Below, one piece after another: positions 42,904 through 55,590 of a stretch of DNA of 64,000 bases (position 1 is the stretch's first letter; each line of letters begins with the position of its first letter). Origin of the DNA: the human T2T-CHM13v2.0 reference genome, Homo sapiens. Under the pieces are notes generated by a model. The model saw nothing but the letters and a program-made list of their open reading frames with translations, ran no database searches and was not told the DNA's origin. The position numbers and the translations under genes are program-made. Location: NCBI RefSeq assembly GCF_009914755.1, contig NC_060927.1; one strand, given 5' to 3'.

Positions 42904-43924
42904 TCATTCTCCTTATTTCTATATAAGAAAGGGTTTTGCCTGACTTAGCCCATTATTCTGCTCTAGCCTGTCTCAGTACTTACAAGGTTACCTTACATTC
43001 AGTCTTCCGAAGAAGGAGTCAAAGTAGCTTAGTAGAATTGAGATTATTTGTCTTCTACCTTCTCCAGAGCAGCAAAACCAAAGATAGGGTTAAAGGAAAG
43101 AAGCAGGGGACTGCAAATAACTAAAATAGAAACAAACAACTTCTCTCAGAAGCATACATTTTCTATCATGTTTTTCTCTTAAATGACACCTATTCCTGGG
43201 AATCTGAGGTTGAACTCTAACCAGAGTCTATGCATTGAACTCTGTTTTCTTAATTCATTGAATAAATAATGGGTGATGTTTGTTGTGATCATGGCACTAA
43301 ATGCTTCGGCTAAGTGCTATGCTGAGAAGTTTTCTTGTGATTGGGAAATTGATTTCACAATATAAAAACGCCCCACTATTTAATCAGTAAAAACTTGATT
43401 TTATTAAGAAATAATCACATCTTTTTTAATTAAATGAAGGTAGGCAGAAAGAGAATGATGAGAATATAAAGTATATTAATATGGCTAAATAGGCTTGAGG
43501 AGTGATTAAATATTAACAAAAGGTAACCTTAAAAGTTCTATTAAAAAGTCACTAACAAGATTTCTTGAAAAATATACAATATAATAGAATAATTTCTTGA
43601 TTATTATTTAAGGAAAAGCAAATATAAGAAGCAAGAAAGTTTGCAACTTTATATATGATAAGTGATTACCGATAAATGGTAAAGCATTGACTCTACTGAG
43701 TGGATATGTTAAATCACAAAAAATGTAAAAAGGTCTGAAATTATTACACAATTGCTTCCAGATTTCCTTTTTCATTGGAAGAGTCTATCTCAGTTGGGAA
43801 GTATAGGTGAGAGGACAGTATATAAGCCAAATTCCAACACATTTTGTTTCTTGTTTTCTTTATCAATACATTACAATTTTTATCGACAAAGATTCTACTT
43901 CAATTTATATTAAATGACATGTCT

Positions 43925-44246
43925 AGTGTGCCTTCCATATCCATGGGTTCTGCATTCATGGATTGATGCAACCATGAATTAAATACACTTAAAAAATAAA
44001 GTAAAAAATAACAACACAAGAATAAAAATGATACAAATAAAAAACCCAATACAGTATAACAATTATTTACATAGCATTTACATTGATTTAGATATTATAA
44101 GTAATCTGGAGATGATTTAAGGTAGAAGATGTGCCTAGGTTATATGCAAATACTACACCATTTTATACCAGGGACTTGAGCATCCAAAGATTTTGGTATC
44201 CTTGGGGGTCCTGGAACCAATGTGCCACATAGAAGGATGATTGTAT
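43925..44246. mobile_element. MER2-like Tigger fossil
   Basis: tatccatgggttctgcattcatggatt...ggttatatgcaaatactacaccattttata...gggacttgagcatcc...ggggtcctggaaccaat. Confidence 0.8.
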
Positions 44247-44524
44247 AAGCAAGACATTTTTATATAAAAATATTGAGTAATTAATCATTTTCTTATAAAT
44301 ATAAATATTTTAAAATAAATTACTATGGAATACATGCAATAATTATTCTTAGAAACTTACTGGAAAAAAATGCATCAAGAGTTCATGCTACCTATAATTT
44401 CTCCACACATACATTCTCAAATCAAAGACATGAGTAATAATATATTTTCCAGAATACAGAAATCTTACATTAATATATCAATATATAATGAGCAAAGAAT
44501 ACCGTAACTCAGCAAATTGTTGGT

Positions 44525-44790
44525 TTATATTTTTTATATAAAAATATGTAATCATAAATATGTAGTTATTTATTTAATTTAATTTATTTATATAAAATTT
44601 ATATTTTATATAAATTTAATTTAATGTATTAAATTTTATATAAATTTAATTTAATGTATTATTTATATAAAATATGTAATTATAAATATATAATTATAAA
44701 TGTGTAATTATAAATATATAATTATAAATTTATATAAAAATATGTAATTATAAATATGTAATTATATCTAATAGGGTATATTATTTTTTC
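44525..44790. repeat. AT-rich low-complexity degenerate minisatellite
   Basis: Repeated ttttatataaatttaatttaatgtatt and taattataaat(a/g)t(a/g) units. Confidence 0.85.
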
Positions 44791-45944
44791 TAAAACAAAG
44801 TAAACATACAAATGAGAGATTAAACAAATTAGCATAACATAAATTTATCTGCTCTAAAGCTGGGAAAAGATGTGAAAGAAATTATTTTTGTCTTTAAAAA
44901 ATTCCTGCTACTTTTACAAACCAAAATTATCCAGGTTTACTTTTGTAAAAGTCAGTTAACTATCCATTTTATGCTTTATTGTGTGGCATCTTGATCAGAC
45001 AAGAGAACATTTTTAAAAGCAATTTTACCAACTTTTCTTTTATTATATAGCTTTTCTTGAAAATATTTATTGCCGTGGGGTTTATTTTTAGCTTTTTATT
45101 AATTTTAATTTTCTGCTAAATTAAAAGAAGGACTAATAGATGTAAAAGAAAATTGATGACATTTATGTTATCATTTATTTAATCTCATATTTATCTGAAG
45201 ACTTGTTTTGTGCTTATGCTTTCAGAATTGATTCTCACATATATTTATAAAACCTTCACTTCTTTGATTATTTAGGTCCATCAGGTATCACTTAATACAT
45301 TTAATGATAAAATACCCTGAGAAAGAGTACAAAGAAAAGCCAGGCTACTGTTAGATTTTGTACATTTAACATATTTTAAGACACTTTAGATAACTCATTT
45401 AACCTATGTCAAATTATGTTTATTTTATATAAAAAATTTGTGTGTTTTTTACTTACGCATACTAAAAGGTCTAAATTTGTTATCAATTATTATTATTATT
45501 TTCAATTTCTCTTGCTGATCATAATTATGTACTGCTACAAATCTTCTATGCAACACTTTGTGTCGTGTTAATTTCACATTTGTTATCATCTTTATCCTTA
45601 TACAAAAAATGAGTCAGGAAAGATATATATTTTTCCCCATAATTTACAATGGAGGAAATTTAAGTAGAAAGAAAGTAAATAACTTGCCTCCAGTGCCCAA
45701 CGAATTAACTTTGCAGTTTAAACCAGAACTAAAGTCTAATAAGCATTGCAGTAAGCCACATCAAAATCATTGCCCGGTTCATTCTCCAGGCAGTCTATAC
45801 TCAGGCAAATTAAATAACTTCTCTTTAAAAGGTTTTCTCTGCATTTAAACACCTTTGGCTATATTAAACAAACACTGTTCCACAAAAATATTACAATAAA
45901 ATATATATAAAGTGTGTCATCCCTGTTTCCGTAAAATTGTTTAT

Positions 45945-46258
45945 TTGTTTGTTTGCTTATTTATTCTTTATTTTTAGAGATGGGGTCACACTCTGTCTCC
46001 TAGACTGGAGTGCAGTGGTAAAATCTTAGCTCATTGCAATCTCAAATTTCTGGCCTCAAGCCATCCTCCCACCTCAGCATCCTAAGTAGAATCTACAGGC
46101 ATGCACCGCCATGCTCATCTACTTTTTTAAATTTTTTGCACAGACGGGATCTCACTATGTTGCCCAGGCTGGTCTCAAAACTCCTGGCTTCAAGCAATCC
46201 TCCAGCCACAGCTTCCTGTAGTGCTAGAATTATAGGTATAAGCCACAGAACCCAGCCA
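45945..46258 (-). mobile_element. AluJ-like element
   Basis: Diverged reverse Alu: agagatggggtcacactctgtc...ataagccacagaacccagcc. Confidence 0.9.
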
Positions 46259-46435
46259 CAAAAATTGAAAGGTAGTTTATACATTGTAAGTACTCTGGGA
46301 AAGTGGACACGCAGAAAACAAATTTGAATGGAATCCATGAAAAGTACACAGAAAATACCATGCTCCAAGGTTTGGCATCCAGAACAAGAAGGAAAATGTG
46401 ATGTGTGATACATTTTTTATTTTTTTCCCTTTCCC

Positions 46436-46757
46436 TTTTTTTTTTTTTTTTTTTTTTGACACAGCGTCTCGCTCTTGTTCCCTAGGCTGGAGTGCTCTCG
46501 GCTCACTGAAACCTATGCCTCCTAGCTTCAAGCAATTCTCCTGCCTCAGCCTCCCTAGTAGCTGGGACTACAGGCGCCTGCCACCACACCCGGCTAATTT
46601 TTATATTTTTTAATTTATTTTTTATTTATAATTTTTTATTTAGAGACAGGGTTTCACCACATTGGCCAGGCTATTCTCGGACTCCTGACCTCAGGTGATC
46701 TGCCTGCCTCGGCCTCCTAAAGTGCTGGGATTACAGTTGTGAGCCACTGCACCTGGT
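46436..46757 (-). mobile_element. AluS
   Basis: Poly-T, Alu body, ctcctgacctcaggtgatctgcctgcctcggcc. Confidence 0.93.
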
Positions 46758-49700
46758 TCACTTTCATTTTTCATTGCATGAAAGTATCTACAATTATCTG
46801 CAAGGTCACAGATTTCCTGGAACTAACTTCACACAGAATTTCATCACAACAATTTAAAAGAACAGCCAAACGAACCTCTGTTTCTAGCATCTGAGCCTGC
46901 ATTTGGGGGAGTGTGGAGAGTGATTGGGATGATATGTATAGCAATATGTTTTTCAAATCTTTTTAAAACCCAGATTACTGCAAAAAGTAGGAATAAGATA
47001 AAAGATGTTGTGAGTCATGTGTGACAGAGGTCTCATCAACATTTTCTGAAACATGGATAAAGAAAAATTATCTTGAGGCCTGGACAGCACACACACACAT
47101 AGCTCAGAAGTGTTTGCACACTGTAGTTCCAAATACATTTTCACATTGAAGATTAATTCACCAGAGCCTTTCTAAATTGCTATGTATGCATTTCTGTGTG
47201 ACAGAGGAGAGAGAAGAACAGAGGTAAATCTTTTAAAGCAGGCAATGGGGGTCAGAGATAGGGATGCCTTACTAGGCGCTGACTCAATGTACCATAGCAT
47301 GGGGCAAATTGATCTTTGCAGCATGTGGTTAGCTGACAACATCATCTCACGTTACTGGCTTGATGCCTTAAAAAAACAAACAGGGGAAGCAGAGGGACAT
47401 AGTAAAATACGCCACCCTGCTGTGCTTGTAACATGCACAGGAACATGTATCTGAATATTTCCATATATTCCCCTCTGTTGCTTAGGCATAAAAATTCAAA
47501 GGAAATTATAAACTTCCACTGTGATCTTTTCACTCTTGTGCATTGGTAAATCCTATCCGTGTACAACTGGGGCCTATTGCCTGTGTTTGTAAATTAAGTT
47601 TAATTTGAAATGCCTATTTCTTTACACACAGGCTGTGACTGCTTTCCTACTACAATGACAGGTTGAATAGTTGCAACAAAAACTAGAAAGGTTGAGATAT
47701 TTACTGTCTGGTTCTTTACAGAAAAGGGTTGCCAACCCCTAGTCTGGAAGTGAAAATACATCATGTTACTGCTACCAAAAGACCTTTCACGATGTGGAAG
47801 CAAAAGATCTTCAGAATTACTTGTTTCCTTAGAGTTGTTACAACCAGAACAATTTAGGGCCAAATAAAACAAAGAACTAAACAAAAGAAGTAAATTAAGA
47901 AAAAAAAATTTCAAATTTCAAAAAATGAAAAGATGGGTTCCAAAAATAGACTAGACTATTTCTCCCTGTCAGTTGCCAGGCTGATTTCCGTTTTCTTCTG
48001 TATTAGCCCAGGCAGCAAGAATATTTTCAGCCATAACAATCTTTTCTTTTAATATCCACTTCTCATGAAAAAGAATTGGATGCTCATCATCTTGTTTAAG
48101 TCCCAAGAGTTTGGGACTTAAACAAGTTTGTTTGTTTTGTTTTGTTTTGTTTTCCCCTTGAAATTAACTTTTAAAGCAAGGACTTTCACACTACTTCTTG
48201 GTTTGGCCACTACATCATGTAAAGATGGTGGGTTTAACATTTATTACAGTGAGGTTGATTTGCTGTTTCCACAGGACAGCAGAAAGGGTGAACCCCCATT
48301 GAGCTTGTTTCCTGAATTGTACTCTGCTTCAGATACTGGAGAACAGAAACAATCTCAGAAACCCAAGAGTCAGAGTTTTGAGAACTTTTTTTTTGATACT
48401 TTGTTTTGTTTTGTGTTTATCTAGGAGAGACTTTGAACAGCATCTGTAATTCTAGGTTTTCTATTATTTGTACTGTAAGGTGTTGATTTGAATTCTCTAA
48501 GTTCTCAGGAGTGAAAGGACAGAAGGAATTTAGCTGCAAGAGTACGTGAAGAGAAGGGCAAAAGAGAAATCATTTTGAGCTGACACAAATTTGCTACTAC
48601 TCAACCCCAGTAGAGTTGTAGTACCCACCACAACGTAGATATGAAGAGATTGGAACTCAGAGGTGTTAATCACTTGAACAATGTTAGTAATTAGTTAATG
48701 GCATGGATAATTCATTACTCCCAATTAGTCATTCTCTTTATTTTGCCTGCACCTGGACTATTACGTACAGTGGATTCATCTGATCATTAAAATTCTACCT
48801 ACCAACCTGACAAAATATTAGTTATAGCTCTTCTTTTCCTGTGAGTTATTAATTTAATGAAATGCTCAAACTAAATGTAAGCATCAGAGTATGAGTAATG
48901 AAATAACCATATGAAAATAAAGTAATTTCACATATTTTAGAAATATAGTTCTTCCTGTAGCTTCACTTTTATATAGAGTATGTGACACCGTGTCGTTGTT
49001 GTTGTTAAGACACTTCTGTGGATTGTGTGCAAGGGGCTGATTTGATTAATGACTTAAGACTTCTCAGAAAATTCAGATGACATAATAAGGTTTCTATTGT
49101 GTACTTTATACATTTGTCTCTTATTTACCTTTTCTCTCTTATTTCTGAATTGCTGTATTTTGTAACTCAATTTATGCAGCTTTACTGGGGATAAAGTCAG
49201 GAGAGTTCAGATTCTCTAAGATCTAATCTCTCATGAAGCAAATGCTAATACTGAATTATGTCCCAATATAGACATTCTGACATTTAAAGCATATCACATT
49301 TTAACAAAATTTTTGAGAGGGATTTAACAATCCCTCTCAAAAATATTCAAATATCTTTGTGCTTGTGATGGTGAGTTTTTCTTTCAGTCACAGAATATAT
49401 TTAATCTTAAGACCACAGTGATAGCTCCAGACCTTGGTGTAAGTCTTCTGCTCTTGATGTCACTAAGACAGGGTTTTGAATCATTTTGAAAGGCTCTTCC
49501 AGGGGTCTTTACATTTTAATTGAAATGAGGAAGAGGTTCGTGGAAGAGGGTTTGCTGAGTTCATGCTGGAGGAAACTTGTATCAGAAAGACATGAGCTGC
49601 CAACACTCTCAATGTGAACATTGGCATATTGGCTCCAGTCCTGGAAGCAGTAAGGGTGTTAGAATTCTGAGGCCAGCTGCAAACTCCCGAGGCCAGTGGT

Positions 49701-50645
49701 GGCCCTCTCTGATTAGGCAGGGTGGGAGTTGGTAGCAAAAATTATCTGAAGGTATTTGGGCCAGAGATTATTGGCCCCTGCTCTGTGACTGGTTTTAATC
49801 TTGGTGCCAACCTCAATCAACTGGCAGGGACTGCCTCTGTGCTGGGTTAAGAGAGAAACTAACAATGTACCTTGGTTCCTGGGAGTTCCTCTAAATGAAC
49901 TGTAAGGTCTTTCCTCCAGGAAACAGTGGCATGTGTTTGTCATTTCCTGTCTCATAATCAAAATGCTGTAAAGGCCACAGAAAGCAATCCACCCGCACCT
50001 CCAGTAGCTAAACGCATTTATTTTACTATTTTATAATGACAGTAGTTCATCATTGAGGAGGGCTATTCTCATTAACCATGAATACTAATTAAGCATGTTG
50101 ATCATAAATAATCAATTTTCAGAGAGGAAGAAAAAATATGGCTTTAATTCTTAATTTTTAAAAAAAGACGTCAGGATTTACAGGTCATTGTTAAGAACAC
50201 CAGTCTTCATTTAACCATAAATGTTAGGATACTGGTTTATTCAGAATGTTGCTTGATAGAATGTAGGAGAAGCTCATATTTTTCTGGATTATTATTTTAA
50301 AGTTTTAATGTTCTATTTAGTCTTACATGGACAAATTTTGAGATATCAAAGGTTAAACAATTTAATTAAAATTAAACTATTTGCTCCATTTTACTTGAAA
50401 ATTATAGGAATAAATCAATATTTGTCTGCGGTTTTTTTTTTTTACTGCTTATCTGTATCATAACAAAACACAAGTCAATTAGAAAAGATTTCCCTAATAA
50501 GTGATTCCTTTATCCACAGTTTTTCCCTCAGTATCACACACATACACACACACCATGCACACGCACACACACATTTACTCACACAGTTTGTCATCAATAA
50601 GAATTCTTTTCCTGCTGTAGTAATAAAGATAAAATATCAAAGAAT

Positions 50646-50797
50646 TTCTTTTCTTTTCTTTTATTATTATTATACTTTAAGTTTTAGGGTACATGTGTAC
50701 AATGTGCAGGTTAGTTACATATGTATACATGCGCCATGCTGGTGCGCTGCACCCATTAACTTGTCATTTAGCGTTAGGTATATCTCCTAAAGCTATC
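50646..50797 (-). mobile_element. Very short young L1PA 3' fragment
   Basis: ttattattatactttaagttttagggtacatgtgtacaatgtgcaggttagttacatatgtatacatg is an L1PA2/3-like terminus. Confidence 0.88.
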
Positions 50798-51221
50798 TTA
50801 AAAATAAACCAACAAATGAAAATCCTGCGCATAATAAAACTGTGTACTTTTTAAAAACAATTAAAATCTTATGTGGCCATGCCATGAAATTAAACAAGAA
50901 TTTTTGATGAATAGATCTCATAAGCCAGATCTACGCATTCCTCAAAAACTGTGCTTCAGTGCCTTTATAGAAGGATCAATAAGCAGGTAGCCATAATTGA
51001 TACAGTCATACTTCACTTACCTATAGGAGAAAAGTATGTAACTTCAATGATTTCAATCTCACTTAAGACTCACTCAGAAGCAATTCAGAAAGGGCTGCTA
51101 AAGCCTGAAACAGCTATCACTAAAGCCCCTACCAATCACTCTTAGCTTCAATCAATGTCTTATTTATGTTTATGGACCAAAGGTCCAGAAGAAATATAAT
51201 GATGAGGGGGGGTGTTCTGTA

Positions 51222-51385
51222 AACCTGTGCTGTCTGATATGGGAGTCGCTAGCCACATGTGGTTATAGAGCACTTGAAATGTAGCAAGTGCAACTGAGAA
51301 ACTGAATTTGAAATCTTGTTTTATTTTACCTAGTTTACATTTAAATTTAAATAGCCACACGTGTCTAGTAGCTACTATATTTTTA
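51222..51385. mobile_element. MER3-like hAT-Charlie fossil
   Basis: ctgtgctgtctgatatgg...tagccacatgtgg...gagcacttgaaatgt...ttaaatagccacacgtgtctagtagctac. Confidence 0.75.
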
Positions 51386-51698
51386 GTGAAGGTAAGCCTA
51401 CCAATAGCATCATGTTACAACTAACAGTTTGACGATAGTGAATTTCAATAAAAACCATACAAAGCAAACTCAAGAAGCACAGCAGTTCAGAGATACGTAA
51501 GTAGGGAAATTAGGTATAACCCCTATGGTCTCTGTGGGTGTCACAGAGCAGGAAACAAGAAGTGGTGATTTTTAACAGTAATTTTCAAAGTTAAGAAATC
51601 AAATTTCATGTCACACTCTGATCACAATTCTTTCAGGCCCAGAAAATCCATCTAAGTGTCCCCAAATTCAATAACATGTAAAAGACAACTTTTCTTAC

Positions 51699-51770
51699 CT
51701 GCCATCACTCCATAGGTTGATGGCTGGTTTCCATAATGACAGGAAGGAACAGAATAATGAAGTCCTGTTG
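51699..51770 (-). CDS. POU1F1: POU1F1 exon 2, alpha acceptor ([24 protein letters not shown])
   Basis: acacag acceptor, GTAAGA donor, 72 nt, phase 1-1. Confidence 0.97.
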
Positions 51771-51848
51771 CTGTGTTTCCCAACGTTGTCACCGAGAAAT
51801 GTGTGCACAAACATTTAGGAGTTTGGATCAAAGACAAAATAGATGGGA
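51771..51848 (-). CDS. POU1F1: POU1F1 beta-specific exon 2 extension (26 aa [26 protein letters not shown])
   Basis: ttttcttaccag acceptor 78 nt upstream of the alpha acceptor, open and in frame; known Pit-1beta insert. Confidence 0.93.
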
Positions 51849-54598
51849 CTGGTAAGAAAATGTATAAGGATTCAAGACACATTCGTTTTATTTCAAAAAT
51901 ACACATTTATGTGGTTCTTAAAGTTACATGCCAATATGTTTTTCTCATTTTGGGTAAGTTCTCTGACGAGTAGGTTAAAACTAGGGGGGATCAAAGTTTG
52001 TCTCATGTAACGAGATAATAAATCATCAAAACGGACTTCATTAATTATCCTGTGCTCTGTGCTATGGCTACGAGTGCCCCGTGAAGGGGTGACTGACCAA
52101 TTTAGACCTTGGCCCTTTGGGAGTTGCAGAATGCTTGTTGGTTCTGTTCAATGCAGACATTGCAACTCGCCGACTAGAAGAATAGTCCTTTAAAATTCTT
52201 GTGTTGCATGGTATTATAAAGCAGTCTGTATGAATGAATACAGAAATTCACTCTTGAACAGCGTATTTTTGCTTATTTGTCTAACAAATTTGTTTCATCA
52301 AAGTGGAAATGGCAGAGCAAGTAGCCTTTTATTAGATACAATCATAAAAATCTCACTGCATTCAGAGTGCTATTAAAAACCTGTAACAATATATGATCTA
52401 TTTATTTTGATGTTGAAACCATGAGGTTGTTAGTTGTCTGCATATACACAATTGATACAACCATTCTAATGATAAAGCTGGTCAAAAAATGAGTTCATTC
52501 ATTGAGTGACTTAATATCCATAAAGCCATAAAGCCGTACATAAACATAACCGTTCATAAATGGTTATATGCTTCAGGAAATCAATGTGTATTTTGGAAGT
52601 AAACTGGAATTATTAGACTTTTATCAAGTTTTAAACACAAATCATCAAGTTGATAGGGAGCACAAAATATTGACAATAAAACCAATATTTCCTTATATAT
52701 TTTATTTTCTCAATTTTTTCCTTCATATTCTGAATATATTGGTTAATTTTCATAAATTAATTTTCTTGAATAAATGAGATATTATAAAGTATGGTTAGAA
52801 TCCTTTGAGAATACCAATATACAAACTAGTGATTAAAGACATGCCTTTCTTCATAAAGTAAAATAAATTATTTTAAAATAGAGAAAAATCTTTAATTTTT
52901 AAAAATCTGTATACATTTTTATTTTATAATTAATAGCTCAAAAGAACTAAAGTCATTTTGCAATATAATGATTACATATAATGCATTACTGTGCATTCCA
53001 AAATTAAGCAAATTATCATTAAACACATTTAATACTCAAGTGTTCCCATTAAAGTCAGTGTTTCTATAATAGTTCCTTAGACAATTAGATGTATATGATT
53101 CAAATTTCATTAAAAAATTATAAATCAATGCTATTATCATTTAAAACATTTGTAGGTCACTTTTATTAATTATAATTCTTTTTTAATTTTAAGGCTTAAA
53201 TAATTTTTGCTTTTCAGATTTTAGGAAGTTAAATACAGGATAGGCTAATTTACTAAATAAATTGTTACTTATTTTAAAGTAAATAAATGGCATTTTGAGT
53301 ATAAAATTAGATTTTACTAGATTATTACCTCGATTCTGAATTGTATTTTCATGCTGGCCAAATTATCTTCAAACACAGAAATAGTGTATTATTCTCATTA
53401 TTCTCAATCTATAGGATGACCTACTATTTAAAATATGTGATTAGCTATGTGGTAATTGCTTAGATTTATTTATAGCATATATTTTTGATAAAAACTATTG
53501 TGTCTTCCAAAAATTATGTTGGAGGATACTTCCTGTATTACCCTTTAAATTAAATTACAGAAATCTTTGGCGGATTCCTGAAATTTAATTTAAAAGGTAA
53601 TATTGAAAAATCTCTACATTAAATGATTTTACCAAAGTCTAAATATCTGACCTCTAGATTCTTTAAAATCCACCAGAAGATTGGTGCCAAACTTACGCAT
53701 GTATTTAGAAAATGCTTAATAATAATAAAAGATAGAGCTTAAATCCTTCAAATCAGAATAATGTATCAACTCAAACTTTGATTTCTAAATGTATATAATT
53801 TCATTCCTAAATATGAGAAAAATTGCATTTAAAACAAGTGGAAAGTGAATATTATATTGCTATTCAATGGAAGAAATTTACCCAATTCAAGTCTTTCTCC
53901 ATTTGTAAATCAACTCTAAAACACTTTGTTACTGCATAAAGAATGAACACACTGGCAAAACATATGTATTTGGCTGATTGTGTTGAGCCTGTGAATTCTT
54001 AGGTTTAATTTTTGTTCTAAAAAGTTATGTGAGATAAATGTTAAAACTTAGAAGTGAAGTAAGTCTCTTCAGAATGCAATTTTGAGAAAATTTACCTTAG
54101 TTAATGGGCTTTAAATGTCATGTTATTTCTTGCTATAATTTCTGTATCTTATGCTAAAATATGTTAATTAAAACTCTATTTTATTCTATGAAATCCATTG
54201 TTGTTGATATTCAGATTGTTCTGTTGTGTTTAATATAAGGTTTATAGCTGTTTTTAGATAGTAAATGTAATTTAACAACCGAATAAACCTTTAAGATAAA
54301 GAAGTAGCACCTTTTAAATATTGTTATTTTATAATATTCATTTCATTTGCTCCTTATTCTATAAATATTTCCATTAAAAAGGTTTTTAGATTTAAAATGT
54401 CCAAGTTCATTCTTTTCTTATGTAGAAAACAGATTTTCTTCCTTACAACAAAGCCAACAGTGATTTTAAATTACTACACTTACTAATATTTCTTTAAAAT
54501 TTATTTGGCATGTTGGCTTTTTAGATATGCTTAATGCTTACTTCACTTAAGACAAATTAAATTGGAGGGGTAAAATGAAAGATGCAAAGAGATTATTA

Positions 54599-54859
<261 letters not shown>

Positions 54860-54910
54860 TCAGAGTTTTATTATATTACTGTCTCAAAGGGCCGATTCAA
54901 TTCTCACTAC

Positions 54911-54925
54911 CTGCATATATACATC
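54911..54925 (-). promoter_or_regulatory. POU1F1: Downstream Pit-1 autoregulatory site in 5'UTR (inhibitory, about +15)
   Basis: GATGTATATATGCAG; + strand ATATACAT matches the Pit-1 consensus just downstream of the inferred TSS. Confidence 0.7.
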
Positions 54926-54961
54926 AGGAAGGCTCTGAGGCACCAGGAGGGTGCGCGCTAG

Positions 54962-54969
54962 TATTTATA
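54962..54969 (-). promoter_or_regulatory. POU1F1: POU1F1 TATA box (TATAAATA)
   Basis: Canonical TATA about 150 nt upstream of the ATG, implying a TSS near 54938. Confidence 0.85.
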
Positions 54970-54981
54970 CTGCAAGGAAAT

Positions 54982-54998
54982 CCCTTTATACATGTTAA
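54982..54998 (-). promoter_or_regulatory. POU1F1: Upstream Pit-1 autoregulatory site (activating, about -55)
   Basis: TTAACATGTATAAAGGG contains the Pit-1 consensus (A/T)TATNCAT on the + strand (TTTATACAT); position matches the known site. Confidence 0.7.
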
Positions 54999-55528
54999 TA
55001 GTCTTTTCCCAGGAGTATTGCTTTATCAATCTGAACCGTCTTCCTTTTTTACCCCAAACATAATCCATGGCAGAGAAGGAAGCTGATTCTGGGGTATAGA
55101 TGGAGGGGAAGGGAGAAATCTGAAACCTTATTTGACAACTTCAGTAGTTCAGACCTTTTAGAGAGGAATCAACAATTTTGAAAACACGTCCCTCAAAAAA
55201 ATAATGCCACAATCAATTGAAAAATAGTAGGTATCTTTTTGCTACTAACACAATTGCAAATGTATAAATATGAGATTTTTTTAAACAACTTCTCATTAAA
55301 TCTGCGATAAAACATGAAACAAAAGAAGTGCATAGTATTATACATAATTTTAAGAAACAATATTTAAGATTATGAGAGAAGCATATAATACTAAACATGA
55401 GAAAATATGTTGTCAATTAATGTTTCATACTCAAAAATGCACAGCTTTTAAAAACGATGACAACCAATATAAGTTTTACTATATTATAAGTGAAAAATGG
55501 AAAAAAATTGGATAAAATGTAGTAATGA

Positions 55529-55590
55529 TAGGTTGGTGCAAAAGTGATTGCATTAATGGCAAGAACCGCAACCACTACTGCACCAAAGTT
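55529..55590. mobile_element. Degenerate MADE1 mariner MITE about 600 bp upstream of the POU1F1 TSS
   Basis: taggttggtgcaaaagtgattgc...aatggcaagaaccgcaaccactactgcaccaa. Confidence 0.75.
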
